A DNA stretch of 41,438 nucleotides. Origin: an uncultured Clostridia bacterium (lineage in GTDB: Bacteria > Bacillota > Clostridia > TANB77 > CAG-508). The notes beneath the pieces are model-generated. The model was given only the letters and a program-made list of their open reading frames with translations. It had not been told where the DNA came from and searched no databases. This document shows positions 31,916 through 41,250 of this stretch, in pieces (position 1 is the stretch's first letter; each line of letters opens with the position of its first letter). The position numbers and the translations under genes were made by a program. Where the stretch lies: contig CANRKM010000002.1 of assembly GCA_947631225.1 (NCBI GenBank), positions 1 through 41,438 of the forward strand. The letters are read 5' to 3'.

Positions 31916-34496
31916 ATGTATGTATTTAATAAAATAACAGTAAAACCACAAATGCCTAAAAATATAAATAAATTAGATGAAATAGCAAACAACTTATGGT
32001 GGAGTTGGAATTCAGAATATTTAAAATTACTAAAGAAAATGGACAAAGATCTATGGGAAACAGTTGGTAAAAACCCTGTAAAATTTTTAAAACGTATATC
32101 ACAAGAAAGATTAGAAAAAGCAGCAAAAGATTCTAGCTTTGTAAAAGAATACGAAAAAGTGTCGAAAAATTATGAAGATTACATGACAAGTAAAGATACA
32201 TGGTTTAATAAAAAACATCCAGAAAACAAAAATGACCTAATTGCGTATTTTTCAGCCGAATATGGTTTAGATGAAACAATACCAATATATTCAGGAGGTC
32301 TTGGAATTTTATCAGGAGACCATTTAAAATCTGCTAGTGATTTAGGAATTCCACTAGTTGGTGTAGGATTATTATATAAAAATGGATATTTTCATCAAAA
32401 AATAGAAGGATATGGAATTCAAAAATCAGAATATAATAATATAGAACTTGAAAATTTGCCAATACACCCAGTAAAAGATGAAAATGATAAAGATATATTA
32501 ATAGATGTAAAGATACAAAGAAGAAAAGTATATTTAAAAGTATGGAAAATAAATGTAGGAAGAATAAACTTATATTTGTTAGACTCAGATATAGAAGAAA
32601 ATAATTCGGAAGATAGAGAAATAACATTAAAACTATATGGTGGAGATCAAGATATGAGAATACGCCAAGAAATAGTTTTAGGAATAGCAGGAACTAAACT
32701 TCTTAAAACTCTTGGACTAAAGCCTACAATTTACCATATGAACGAAGGACATTCTGCATTTTTAACATTACAACTAATACAAGAAACAATAGAAGAAAAG
32801 CAAATAGCGTTTGATATTGCAAAAGATATAGTAAGTTCAAGAACAGTATTTACAACTCATACTCCAGTTCCTGCTGGAAATGATATATTTCCAATAGAAT
32901 TAGTAGAAAAATATTTTAAAGAATTTTGGACAAAACTCGGAATAGATAGAGAAACATTTTTAAAACTTGGTATGAGACCATGTGGAGAATTAGAACCAGG
33001 ATTTAATATGGGAATATTTGCATTAAAAATTGCAGGAAAGAAAAACCGGAGTAAGTAAACTTCATGGAGAAGTTTCAAGAGAATTATTTGGAGAAGTATG
33101 GCCTAATATAGCAGCAAATGAATCACCTATTACATATGTAACAAACGGAATTCATACATGTTCATGGCTTGCAAGCAATTTAAAAGAACTATATAATAAA
33201 TATTTAACTTCGCCAACTAACCCATATTGGCAAGATAAAATATACTTAGATGAGACATGGAAAAGAATAAAAAATATTCCGAATAAGGAATTATGGGATG
33301 CACACTTAGATAGAAAAGATAAATTAATAGAATTAATAAAAGAAAACACAACAAATAGATTAAGAAGAGCAGGTGTAAGCTATGAAGAAATAAGAGAAAT
33401 AGTAGGTTCGCTTTCTTCAAAAGATTTAATTATAGGTTTTGCAAGAAGATTTGCAACATATAAAAGAGCAACTTTAATATTTAATGACTTAGAAAGAATT
33501 ACTCAAATTTTAAATGATAAAGAACATCCCGTAAGGCTTGTATTTGCAGGAAAAGCACATCCAGCAGATAAAGAAGGACAAGACTTAATAAAATATATTC
33601 ATGAAATATCTATGAAACCTCAATTTAGAGGAAAAATATTCTTACTAGAAAACTACAACATAGCGATGTCTAGATATTTAGTAAGTGGTGTAGATGTATG
33701 GTTAAATAATCCACGTAGACCAATGGAAGCTTCTGGAACATCAGGGCAAAAAGCTTCAGTAAATGGTGTAATAAACTTTAGTGTATTAGATGGATGGTGG
33801 GCAGAAGGATATGATGAGTATAATGGATGGTCAATAGGAACAAATGACGAATATTCATCTTATAATGAACAAGATATAGCAGATAGTGATAGTATATACA
33901 AAACTTTAGAAAACAAAATAATACCAATATTCTTTAATAGACCATCTGAAAAAGAGCCATCTGAAGAATGGATGGAAATAATGAAGCAATCAATTATAAC
34001 AACAGGTGGAAAATACAGTACAGCAAGAATGCTTGTAGACTATACAGAAAAATTATATATGCCACTAATTAATTTATATAATAATAATTTTTCTGAATTA
34101 GAGAAAGCAATAGGCTATAGTTCATGGAAAAAACATCTCATAACTAATTGGGATAATATATTAATAGAACAAGAAAAAAATCCTGAAAACATAAAAATAG
34201 ATGCTGGACAATCAATAGACGTAAAATGCAAGGTAACTTTGCCAAATTTACGCAAAAGAGATATAAGAGTAGAAGTTTACTGCGGAAGAATTTCAGATGA
34301 TGGTCGAGTAGAAGAAGTAAAAGTTGTTCCAATGGAATTAGAAAAAGAAGAACAAGAATACAACAGATACACATACAAAGCAAAGGTTGCATTATCTTCA
34401 GGAGGAAACTATGGCTATACATTTAGAGTAATGCCAACACATGAGATGTTACTAGATAGTGAAAACTTAAACCTAGTAAAATGGATAACAAATTAA
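31916..34496 (+). CDS. glgP: Alpha-glucan (glycogen/maltodextrin) phosphorylase, about 859 aa when the +1 shift at C-GGA (33047-33050) is read through
   Basis: NLWWSW, YFSAEYG, YSGGLGILSGDHLKSASD, NEGH, FTTHTPVPAG, N-G-VSKLHG, TNGIH, ARRFATYKR, GKAHP, PLP site EASGTSGQK. Confidence 0.94.
33047..33050 (+). other. +1 frameshift site C-GGA in glgP
   Basis: AAA AAC C GGA GTA AGT AAA CTT CAT GGA restores NGVSKLHG; the zero frame stops three codons after CGG. Confidence 0.93.
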
Positions 34497-34507
34497 AATA
34501 CCAAAGA

Positions 34508-34548
34508 GGACTGTCCAGAAAATTTACATTTTGGGCAGTTCCTTTTTT
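34508..34548 (+). terminator. Probable terminator after glgP
   Basis: Imperfect GGACTGTCCA / TGGGCAGTTCC stem followed by T6. Confidence 0.55.
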
Positions 34549-34635
34549 AAATTTACATTTTGGAACAGTTAAAAAAAATTTAAAATTTTGGACAAATTAA
34601 GAAAATTTTTAAATAAAAAGTTAGGGGGAATTAAA

Positions 34636-35068
34636 ATGCAAAAAGTTACAATTTATACAGATGGTGCATGCTCGGGAAATCCAGGACCACGGAGGATGGG
34701 CTGCAGTATTAATTTCAAATAATTTAAAAAAAGAAATTTCTGGTGGAGACAAAAATACCACAAATAATATAATGGAGCTTACAGCAATTATTCAAGGCTT
34801 AAAAGCTCTAAAATTCGAATGTGAGGTTGAAATTTATAGTGATAGCAGCTATTGTGTAAATGCTTTTAATCAAGGGTGGATTTATAATTGGATGAAAAAA
34901 GGTTGGAAGACTGCATCGGGAGATGAAGTTAAAAACCAAGAATTATGGCAGGAATTATATGATTTAACTAAAAAGCATAAGGTAACTTTTAATAAAGTAA
35001 AAGGTCATAGTAATGTTGAATTAAATAATAGATGTGATGAGCTTGCAAGACAAGCAATACCAAATTAA
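34636..35068 (+). CDS. rnhA: Ribonuclease HI, 143 aa when the +1 shift at C-GGA (34690-34693) is read through
   Basis: AGGGGG RBS + ATG 34636 gives MQKVTIYTDGACSGNPGP, continuing G-GWAAVL, TTNNIMEL, SDSSY, W...GWK, VKN.ELW, VKGHS, N.RCDELA. Confidence 0.94.
34690..34693 (+). other. +1 frameshift site C-GGA in rnhA
   Basis: CCA GGA CCA C GGA GGA TGG; CGG is codon 19 from ATG 34636. Confidence 0.94.
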
Positions 35069-35102
35069 TAGGTAGAAAACATAATTTTTTGTCATAAAAT
35101 TA

Positions 35103-35131
35103 TTGACAAATAAGAAAATATAATATACAAT
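35103..35131 (+). promoter_or_regulatory. sigmaA-type promoter about 200 nt upstream of the duplicated cassette
   Basis: TTGACA, 17-nt spacer, TACAAT. Confidence 0.55.
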
Positions 35132-35315
35132 ACAAACAAAAGTTTGAAATAATAATGTACGAAAAAGATGTTAAGCAATTTACTATAAGTTAGCACATTA
35201 ATAATATATTTAAATAAGGAGAATTAGAGAAAAAAATCCTATCGGAATTTCCTATAAAAGTTCTGTAGTTTTGCAATAAAATAAAAAATATAGTTTAAAT
35301 AACAATAATATTATG

Positions 35316-35904
35316 AAAAGAGGATATAAAAATGGATGAAAAAAGATGTATATTATGTAATAAACCATATAATTATAAATATGAGATGTTTGGAAGAGGA
35401 TGTTTAGATAATTTATATGATTTATTGGGATTTTCAAAATCACCTAGAATAATTTGGAATAAAGAATTAAATTTATGTACAAAAATAGCATGGAAAAATC
35501 ATAAATTTTTTCTTAATAAAAAGAAAAAGTATGCTCTAGCACAGAAATATATAGCTTTAACATATCTAAATATGATGAATTATGAAGCTTTAAACGATAT
35601 AAAAGAACAAATTTCAGATGATATAAAAAAGATTAAAGTATTTTCCGAAAATATAGTAGAAACAGTTTCTTTCTCATTAAATGAAATATATAAATTGTAT
35701 AATTATACACAAAAATTTAATGGGATTTTAAAAGAAGTAAAAAAAGTTATTTGGGAAAAAGTAGATGAAAAGGTGGCAGAAGGTTTTATAAAAAGTTTGA
35801 GTTTTATATTTGATGAAACAAAAAAGGCAAATCCAATTTCATATGCTGTGTTTTATTCAATGCAATATACATTTTGGCAAATTGTAGTTGTTGGAGGAAT
35901 ATTA
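35316..35904 (+). repeat. Direct repeat, constant block A copy 1 (partner 37784-38372)
   Basis: Near-identical sequence at offset 2468, from the RBS through codon 191. Confidence 0.92.
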
Positions 35905-36405
35905 GCAGATATGAAATTATCTGCTAGATTATTGTCTAATTCCTTATCGATATTTGGAAAAGAACCACATGACTTAGTAATTGATGACGAAAAAACTATC
36001 ACAGATATAAAAACTAGTGAAGAATTTAATAATAAAATAAAAGAACTTATAGAAAAATACTGCAAAGATAAAGATAAATTTGTGGGTAATAGTTTAGATA
36101 ATGAGGATTGCAAAATTGAATTTAATAATAAAGATTTATTTTTATCCATACATGGTTCGCCAACAAACATAGTTATAGAAAAAAATAAAGATGAAACATG
36201 GAATGTAAATACGGAGATAATTGACACTTATGATTTTACAGATTTTAAAAATTTGAAAGAATATATGACATCAAATAATTCGTTACTAATGAGTATATTT
36301 TCAAGTATATTAAATAATTTTGGTGTTGCTTCAAGTGAATATGGAGTTATCAAACCATATAAAGTTACGATAAAAGTACAGCAAAATAATTATATAGTAA
36401 AATAA
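35332..36405 (+). CDS. Hypothetical protein A1 (N-terminal CxxC..GxxC, variable C-terminal domain)
   Basis: 357 aa, AGAGG RBS, paralog of 37800..38873. Confidence 0.8.
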   Translation: MDEKRCILCNKPYNYKYEMFGRGCLDNLYDLLGFSKSPRIIWNKELNLCTKIAWKNHKFFLNKKKKYALAQKYIALTYLNMMNYEALNDIKEQISDDIKKIKVFSENIVETVSFSLNEIYKLYNYTQKFNGILKEVKKVIWEKVDEKVAEGFIKSLSFIFDETKKANPISYAVFYSMQYTFWQIVVVGGILADMKLSARLLSNSLSIFGKEPHDLVIDDEKTITDIKTSEEFNNKIKELIEKYCKDKDKFVGNSLDNEDCKIEFNNKDLFLSIHGSPTNIVIEKNKDETWNVNTEIIDTYDFTDFKNLKEYMTSNNSLLMSIFSSILNNFGVASSEYGVIKPYKVTIKVQQNNYIVK

Positions 36406-36418
36406 AAGGGGAGATTGT

Positions 36419-37252
36419 ATGAAAAATAAAAAGATTATAGTATTAATAACTATAATAATAATTATTATAACTATATCTTTTTTATCTATAGAAACCTCAA
36501 AATTATTTTATGCAATAAAGGGTGATACAGATTATCAAAATTTAGGATTACAAATAAAAGATAATAATATAGAATATTGTACAAAATATGGATATGATAG
36601 ATTTGGAAAATATAAAGTATATAAGATAAAAAATTATTATAGTGATAGTATGGATACTTATAAAATTCAACTAGAAAACAGTAAACTATGGAGTAAGAAC
36701 AAATTTTATGAATATATAATGAACGAATTTTATGAAATTAATGGTAATGAAACCATCAAAATAGACAGAGATGATTTATATTATTACCATATTAAAGGTG
36801 TGTATGCAATATTTGACTTGAAAAATGCAAAATTATATTATTTTGAAAATGGTATTTTTAACTGCCATAAGGATTACAGTGAAATTTTAGGAATACGAAC
36901 AAGTAGCTATAAAACAAGAGAGATATATAGTGTAAGAGGTGGTCCGCAAAATGATGGTACAGATTATTATACATATGAATTTAATGAAGAACAAGGAAAA
37001 GAAATAATAAAAACTTTAGAGAAAAGTCCGAAATGGAGCAAAAACAAGTTAGAAGATGATAGACTAGACGATTTTAAATACAATGAAGAAGTGCTTTCAA
37101 TAAAAAATGGATACTATCATTATGAAAAAGTGTGTAGAACAAGTGATGAAAATAAAAAATATAATTTTACAGATGAAGAAGCAACAGGATGGGAAATAGG
37201 TGTTTATGATGTAGACAAAAATATTTTATATTACTATTGGACAAGTTATTAA
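36419..37252 (+). CDS. Hypothetical membrane-anchored protein B1 with two related domains
   Basis: N-terminal TM, internal repeat LExSxxWSKNK...D-x-x-x-x-x-LYY, GGGGAG RBS, paralog of 38896..39717. Confidence 0.8.
   Translation: MKNKKIIVLITIIIIIITISFLSIETSKLFYAIKGDTDYQNLGLQIKDNNIEYCTKYGYDRFGKYKVYKIKNYYSDSMDTYKIQLENSKLWSKNKFYEYIMNEFYEINGNETIKIDRDDLYYYHIKGVYAIFDLKNAKLYYFENGIFNCHKDYSEILGIRTSSYKTREIYSVRGGPQNDGTDYYTYEFNEEQGKEIIKTLEKSPKWSKNKLEDDRLDDFKYNEEVLSIKNGYYHYEKVCRTSDENKKYNFTDEEATGWEIGVYDVDKNILYYYWTSY
36882..37252 (+). repeat. Direct repeat, constant block B copy 1 (partner 39347-39717)
   Basis: Near-identical sequence at offset 2465, ending exactly at the stop codon. Confidence 0.92.
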
Positions 37253-37364
37253 TATAATAATTATATATAAAATAATCTATTAAAATCAATCCATTAAAAA
37301 CGGTAGAAATGTTTAAAAAAAGGATGGTATAATAAGACTGATTTTAAGAGAGGTGCGTGAAATA

Positions 37365-37679
37365 ATGAGAACAAAAATCTATTCAATAGAAGAAATAAAA
37401 GCAATATTATATGAAATACTAAGTAAAACAGAAGTAGAAAAAGCAATACTATTTGGATCTTATGCTAAAAATGAACAAAATCAAAATAGTGACATAGATA
37501 TATTGATAGACAGTAAAGGAAAAATTAAAGGACTAAAATTCTATGCAATAATGGGACAGATAAAAGAAAAATTAAATAAAGAAGTTGATGTAATTGAGAA
37601 AGCGGAAATAAATAAAAATTCTAAAATAGAAAAAGAAATAGAAAGAACAGGAGTAATAGTATATCAAAAGTTAAAATAG
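37365..37679 (+). CDS. Minimal nucleotidyltransferase (MNT/MntA-like antitoxin), no adjacent HEPN gene
   Basis: LFGSYAK......SDIDILI and K.VDVI motifs; GAGG RBS favours ATG 37365. Confidence 0.85.
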   Translation: MRTKIYSIEEIKAILYEILSKTEVEKAILFGSYAKNEQNQNSDIDILIDSKGKIKGLKFYAIMGQIKEKLNKEVDVIEKAEINKNSKIEKEIERTGVIVYQKLK

Positions 37680-37799
37680 TGTAAATTTAACAGATGATAT
37701 TTAACAAAAAATTCATTATATGAAATAAAACAGTTCACTAATTTACAATAAAAAATTAAGAATAAATCGTAATAAAGATTAGTAAAAGAGGAAATAAAA

Positions 37800-38873
37800 A
37801 TGGATGAAAAAAGATGTATATTATGTAATAAACCATATAATTATAAATATGAAATGTTTGGGAGAGGCTGTTTAGATAATTTATATAATTTATTAGGATT
37901 TTCAAAATCACCTAGAATAATTTGGAATAAAGAATTAAATTTATGTACAAAAATAGCATGGAAAAATCATAAATTTTTTCTTAATAAAAAGAAAAAGTAT
38001 GCTCTAGCACAGAAATATATAGCTTTAACATATCTAAATATGATGAATTATGAAGCTTTAAACGATATAAAAGAACAAATTTCAGATGATATAAAAAAGA
38101 TTAAAGTATTTTCCGAAAATATAGTAGAAACAGTTTCTTTCTCATTAAATGAAATATATAAATTGTATAATTATACACAAAAATTTAATGGGATTTTAAA
38201 AGAAGTAAAAAAAGTTATTTGGGAAAAAGTAGATGAAAAGGTGGCAGAAGGTTTTATAAAAAGTTTGAGTTTTATATTTGATGAAACAAAAAAGGCAAAT
38301 CCAATTTCATATGCTGTGTTTTATTCAATGCAATATACATTTTGGCAGGTTGTAGTTGTTGGTGGAATATTAAATAATAAAAAGCTTTCATCAATGCTAT
38401 TGTTTAATTCATTATCAATAATAGGAAAGAAACCTAATGATTTAGTTATAGAAGATGACGAAATAACGGGATTAATAATAAAAAGTGAAGCATTTAAAGA
38501 AAGAATAAATCAGTTAATAAAAAAATATGGGGAAAATAAAGAAGAATTTATTGTTAATAATGAAGTGCCAAAGGAAGATGTTTTAATTAGATTTGAAGGA
38601 GGAGATTTATTATATGCACTGCATAATGCTACGATGTATGTTAAAGCAGAAAAAGATAAAGAAAATAAATGGAATTTTGAAATAGAGATAAATGATACAT
38701 ATGATTTTACAGATTTCAAAGATTTAAAGGAATATGCAGATGCAAAAGAAGGAAAAATCAAAGATATATTTTCAAGTACATTAAATAATTTGGGAGTTGT
38801 ATCAAGTGAATATGGAGTTATAAAAACATATAATCTTAAAATAAAATTTAAAACAAAAGAAGGAGAATTTTAA
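37800..38873 (+). CDS. Hypothetical protein A2
   Basis: 357 aa; first 191 aa almost identical to A1, remainder diverged but alignable. Confidence 0.8.
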   Translation: MDEKRCILCNKPYNYKYEMFGRGCLDNLYNLLGFSKSPRIIWNKELNLCTKIAWKNHKFFLNKKKKYALAQKYIALTYLNMMNYEALNDIKEQISDDIKKIKVFSENIVETVSFSLNEIYKLYNYTQKFNGILKEVKKVIWEKVDEKVAEGFIKSLSFIFDETKKANPISYAVFYSMQYTFWQVVVVGGILNNKKLSSMLLFNSLSIIGKKPNDLVIEDDEITGLIIKSEAFKERINQLIKKYGENKEEFIVNNEVPKEDVLIRFEGGDLLYALHNATMYVKAEKDKENKWNFEIEINDTYDFTDFKDLKEYADAKEGKIKDIFSSTLNNLGVVSSEYGVIKTYNLKIKFKTKEGEF

Positions 38874-38895
38874 ATTTTATAGGAGATGTTCAATA

Positions 38896-39717
38896 TTGAA
38901 AAAAAAAGAAAAGTTAAAAAATATTTCATTAATAGTGGCTATAATTATTATATTTTTCTTAATTATGTATATATTTATATTAAAATATATTACCAAAGCA
39001 GATAATGATTATACAAAATTCGGTATAGATATAAAGTATTATGAAATAAAATATTACACAGTATATGAAGATGATGTATTTGAGGAATATAAAGTATATA
39101 AAATAAACAATAGAAGTATAAATGATTTAAAAAAACAATTAGAAAATAGTAAACTATGGAGTAGAAATAAATATTATGAATATATAATGAATGAATTTTA
39201 CGATATTAAAGAGAATGATGAAGCAAGTCCGATAGATAGACAAGATGTATATTATTATGAGAATGGATATGCAATATTTGATGTGAAAAATGCAAAACTA
39301 TATTATCTTAAAAGTAATCCATATAAACAACATAAAGATTATAATAAAATTTTAGGAATACGAACAAATAGCTATAAAACAAGAGAGATATATAGTGTAA
39401 GAGGTGGTCCGCAAAATGATGGTACAGATTATTATACATATGAATTTAATGAAGAACAAGGAAAAGAAATAATAAAAACTTTAGAGAAAAGTCCGAAATG
39501 GAGTAAAAACAAGTTAGAAGATGATAGGTTAGACGATTTTGAATACAATGAAGAAGTACTTTCAATAAAAAATGGATACTATCATTATGAAAAAGTATGT
39601 AGGACAAGTGATGAAAATAAAAAATATAATTTTACAGATGAAGAAGCAACAGGGTGGGAAATAGGTGTTTATGATGTAGACAAAAATATTTTATATTACT
39701 ATTGGACAAGTTATTAA
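38896..39717 (+). CDS. Hypothetical membrane-anchored protein B2
   Basis: AGGAG RBS + TTG, N-terminal TM, last ~122 aa almost identical to B1. Confidence 0.8.
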   Translation: MKKKEKLKNISLIVAIIIIFFLIMYIFILKYITKADNDYTKFGIDIKYYEIKYYTVYEDDVFEEYKVYKINNRSINDLKKQLENSKLWSRNKYYEYIMNEFYDIKENDEASPIDRQDVYYYENGYAIFDVKNAKLYYLKSNPYKQHKDYNKILGIRTNSYKTREIYSVRGGPQNDGTDYYTYEFNEEQGKEIIKTLEKSPKWSKNKLEDDRLDDFEYNEEVLSIKNGYYHYEKVCRTSDENKKYNFTDEEATGWEIGVYDVDKNILYYYWTSY

Positions 39718-39763
39718 AATAGGCAGGAGCTAAGCTCTTGCTTTTATGTATTTACTTTTTGGA
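39675..39763 (+). repeat. 89-bp direct repeat, left copy (3' end of B2 plus terminator)
   Basis: 84/89 identical to 41251-41339; contains the AGGCAGGAG / CTCTTGCTT terminator stem. Confidence 0.92.
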
Positions 39764-39839
39764 AGATTTATGAAAATATATAAATGGAATAATCTATTAC
39801 GAAAAAAGTTGGAAATCCAAAAAAATTCGTAATAGAATA

Positions 39840-39868
39840 TTGACTTTATAATAATAACTTTATATAAT
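39840..39868 (+). promoter_or_regulatory. sigmaA-type promoter of the ATPase gene
   Basis: TTGACT, 17-nt spacer, TATAAT; directly preceded by inverted repeat TCTATTACGAA / TTCGTAATAGA (39793-39836). Confidence 0.65.
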
Positions 39869-39950
39869 GTTATTGAAAGAGAGGAAAAAGTTTGAATAAT
39901 ATCCAATATTTGGAAATTATTAATCAGATTTTGTGCCTTAAGAGGAAGGA

Positions 39951-41216
39951 ATGAGATTAAATATGGACATTAAAAGAGATGATTATTTGAATAAACTAAT
40001 AGCAAGGCAAAAAAATGGATTAGTTAAAATTATAACTGGTCTTAGAAGGTCAGGGAAATCATATCTATTGTTTAATATTTTCAAAAAATATTTAATTGAA
40101 AAGGGAATAGAAAAATCTCATATTATTTCTATAGCATTAGATGATTTATCAAATGAAAAATTGAGAAATCCATATAATATGTTAGAATTTATAAAAGGAA
40201 AAATAGTAGATGATGATTTATATTATATTATGTTAGATGAAGTACAGTATTTAGAAAGATTTGAAGAAGTTTTAAATAGTTTAATGCATATTGAAAATGT
40301 AGATATTTATGTAACAGGAAGTAATTCAAAATTTTTATCTTCTGATGTAATAACAGAATTTAGAGGACGTGGAGACGAAATACATGTTTATCCATTAAGT
40401 TTTAGGGAATTTATTTCAGTATATGAGGGCACAAAAGAAGAGGCTTGGGATAAATATTTTACTTATGGAGGTATGCCACTTGTACTATCATATAATACAC
40501 CACAAGAAAAATCTGAATATTTACAATCTTTATTTGATAAGGTGTATGTTTCAGATATTATTGAAAGACATAAAGTAAGAAATAAAGAAGAATTGGATGA
40601 ACTTTTAGATATTTTATCATCTTCAATAGGTTCACTTACAAATCCATTAAAATTATCTAAGACATATAAAAGCGAAAAAAACAAAGTTATTAGTGATAAA
40701 ACAATAAATAATTACATAGGATATTTTGAAGATTCATTTTTAATAAATAAGGCAAAAAGATATAACATAAAAGGGAAAAAATATATAAACTCTCCTTATA
40801 AATTTTATTTTGAAGATATTGGTTTAAGAAATGCAAGAATAAACTTTAGACAAACAGAAGAAAACCATATAATGGAAAATATTATATATAATGAACTTAA
40901 AGTTCGTGGATATAATGTCGATGTAGGGGTTGTCGAAGTTTTTGATACAGATAGTAGTAGAAAAACAATATTAAAAAATTATGAAGTTGACTTTATTGCA
41001 ACACAAGGAAGTAAAAAATATTATATTCAGTCAGCATTTAATATGAATAGTGAAGAAAAAGAAAAACAAGAAAAAAAATCACTTATGAGTATTGATGATT
41101 CATTTAAAAAGATTATTGTTGTAAAAGAAAATATTATGGCAAGAAGGGATGAAAATGGAATTACAACTATTGGAATATATAATTTCCTTTTAGATGAAAA
41201 AAGTTTAGAATTATAA
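39951..41216 (+). CDS. AAA+ ATP-binding protein (AAA_14 + DUF4143 family)
   Basis: Walker A GLRRSGKS, Walker B LDEVQ, VTGSNS, GGMP, YFEDIGLRN, MENIIYNEL, EVDF...YYIQ; start ATG 39951 or 39963. Confidence 0.9.
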   Translation: MRLNMDIKRDDYLNKLIARQKNGLVKIITGLRRSGKSYLLFNIFKKYLIEKGIEKSHIISIALDDLSNEKLRNPYNMLEFIKGKIVDDDLYYIMLDEVQYLERFEEVLNSLMHIENVDIYVTGSNSKFLSSDVITEFRGRGDEIHVYPLSFREFISVYEGTKEEAWDKYFTYGGMPLVLSYNTPQEKSEYLQSLFDKVYVSDIIERHKVRNKEELDELLDILSSSIGSLTNPLKLSKTYKSEKNKVISDKTINNYIGYFEDSFLINKAKRYNIKGKKYINSPYKFYFEDIGLRNARINFRQTEENHIMENIIYNELKVRGYNVDVGVVEVFDTDSSRKTILKNYEVDFIATQGSKKYYIQSAFNMNSEEKEKQEKKSLMSIDDSFKKIIVVKENIMARRDENGITTIGIYNFLLDEKSLEL

Positions 41217-41250
41217 ATTAAGTAACAAATATGATTAATTTGAAATTTAT

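Noticed and set aside
33041-33050. Homopolymer sequencing error as the general cause of the frameshifts
   Set aside because: Only this site extends an existing C; long A/T runs throughout the genes are frame-intact and out-of-frame CGGA sites are unaffected. Not fully excluded without raw reads.
34520-34598. Three imperfect AAATTTACATTTTGG-like repeats as a mini CRISPR array
   Set aside because: Period of 27-29 bp leaves no real spacers, copies are degenerate, no cas genes; more likely local duplication of the terminator region.
34661-34690. Track start MVHAREIQDH for RNase H, and similar starts at 33030, 27021, 4543 and 3648
   Set aside because: These are upstream extensions of the post-shift frame without RBS or family similarity; the real N-termini are in the other frame.
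35132-35331. Riboswitch or leader peptide in the 200-nt leader of the duplicated cassette
   Set aside because: Only weak hairpins and a 12-codon ORF without a good RBS; no recognisable aptamer motif.
35332-39717. Diversity-generating retroelement as the source of the cassette variation
   Set aside because: No reverse transcriptase in the window, and differences are not restricted to adenines and include indels over ~1 kb.
6508-40684. Numerous short antisense or overlapping ORFs in the track (for example 6508..6993, 9524..9880, 24608..24934, 35853..36227)
   Set aside because: Shadow frames of real genes, with no RBS or motifs.
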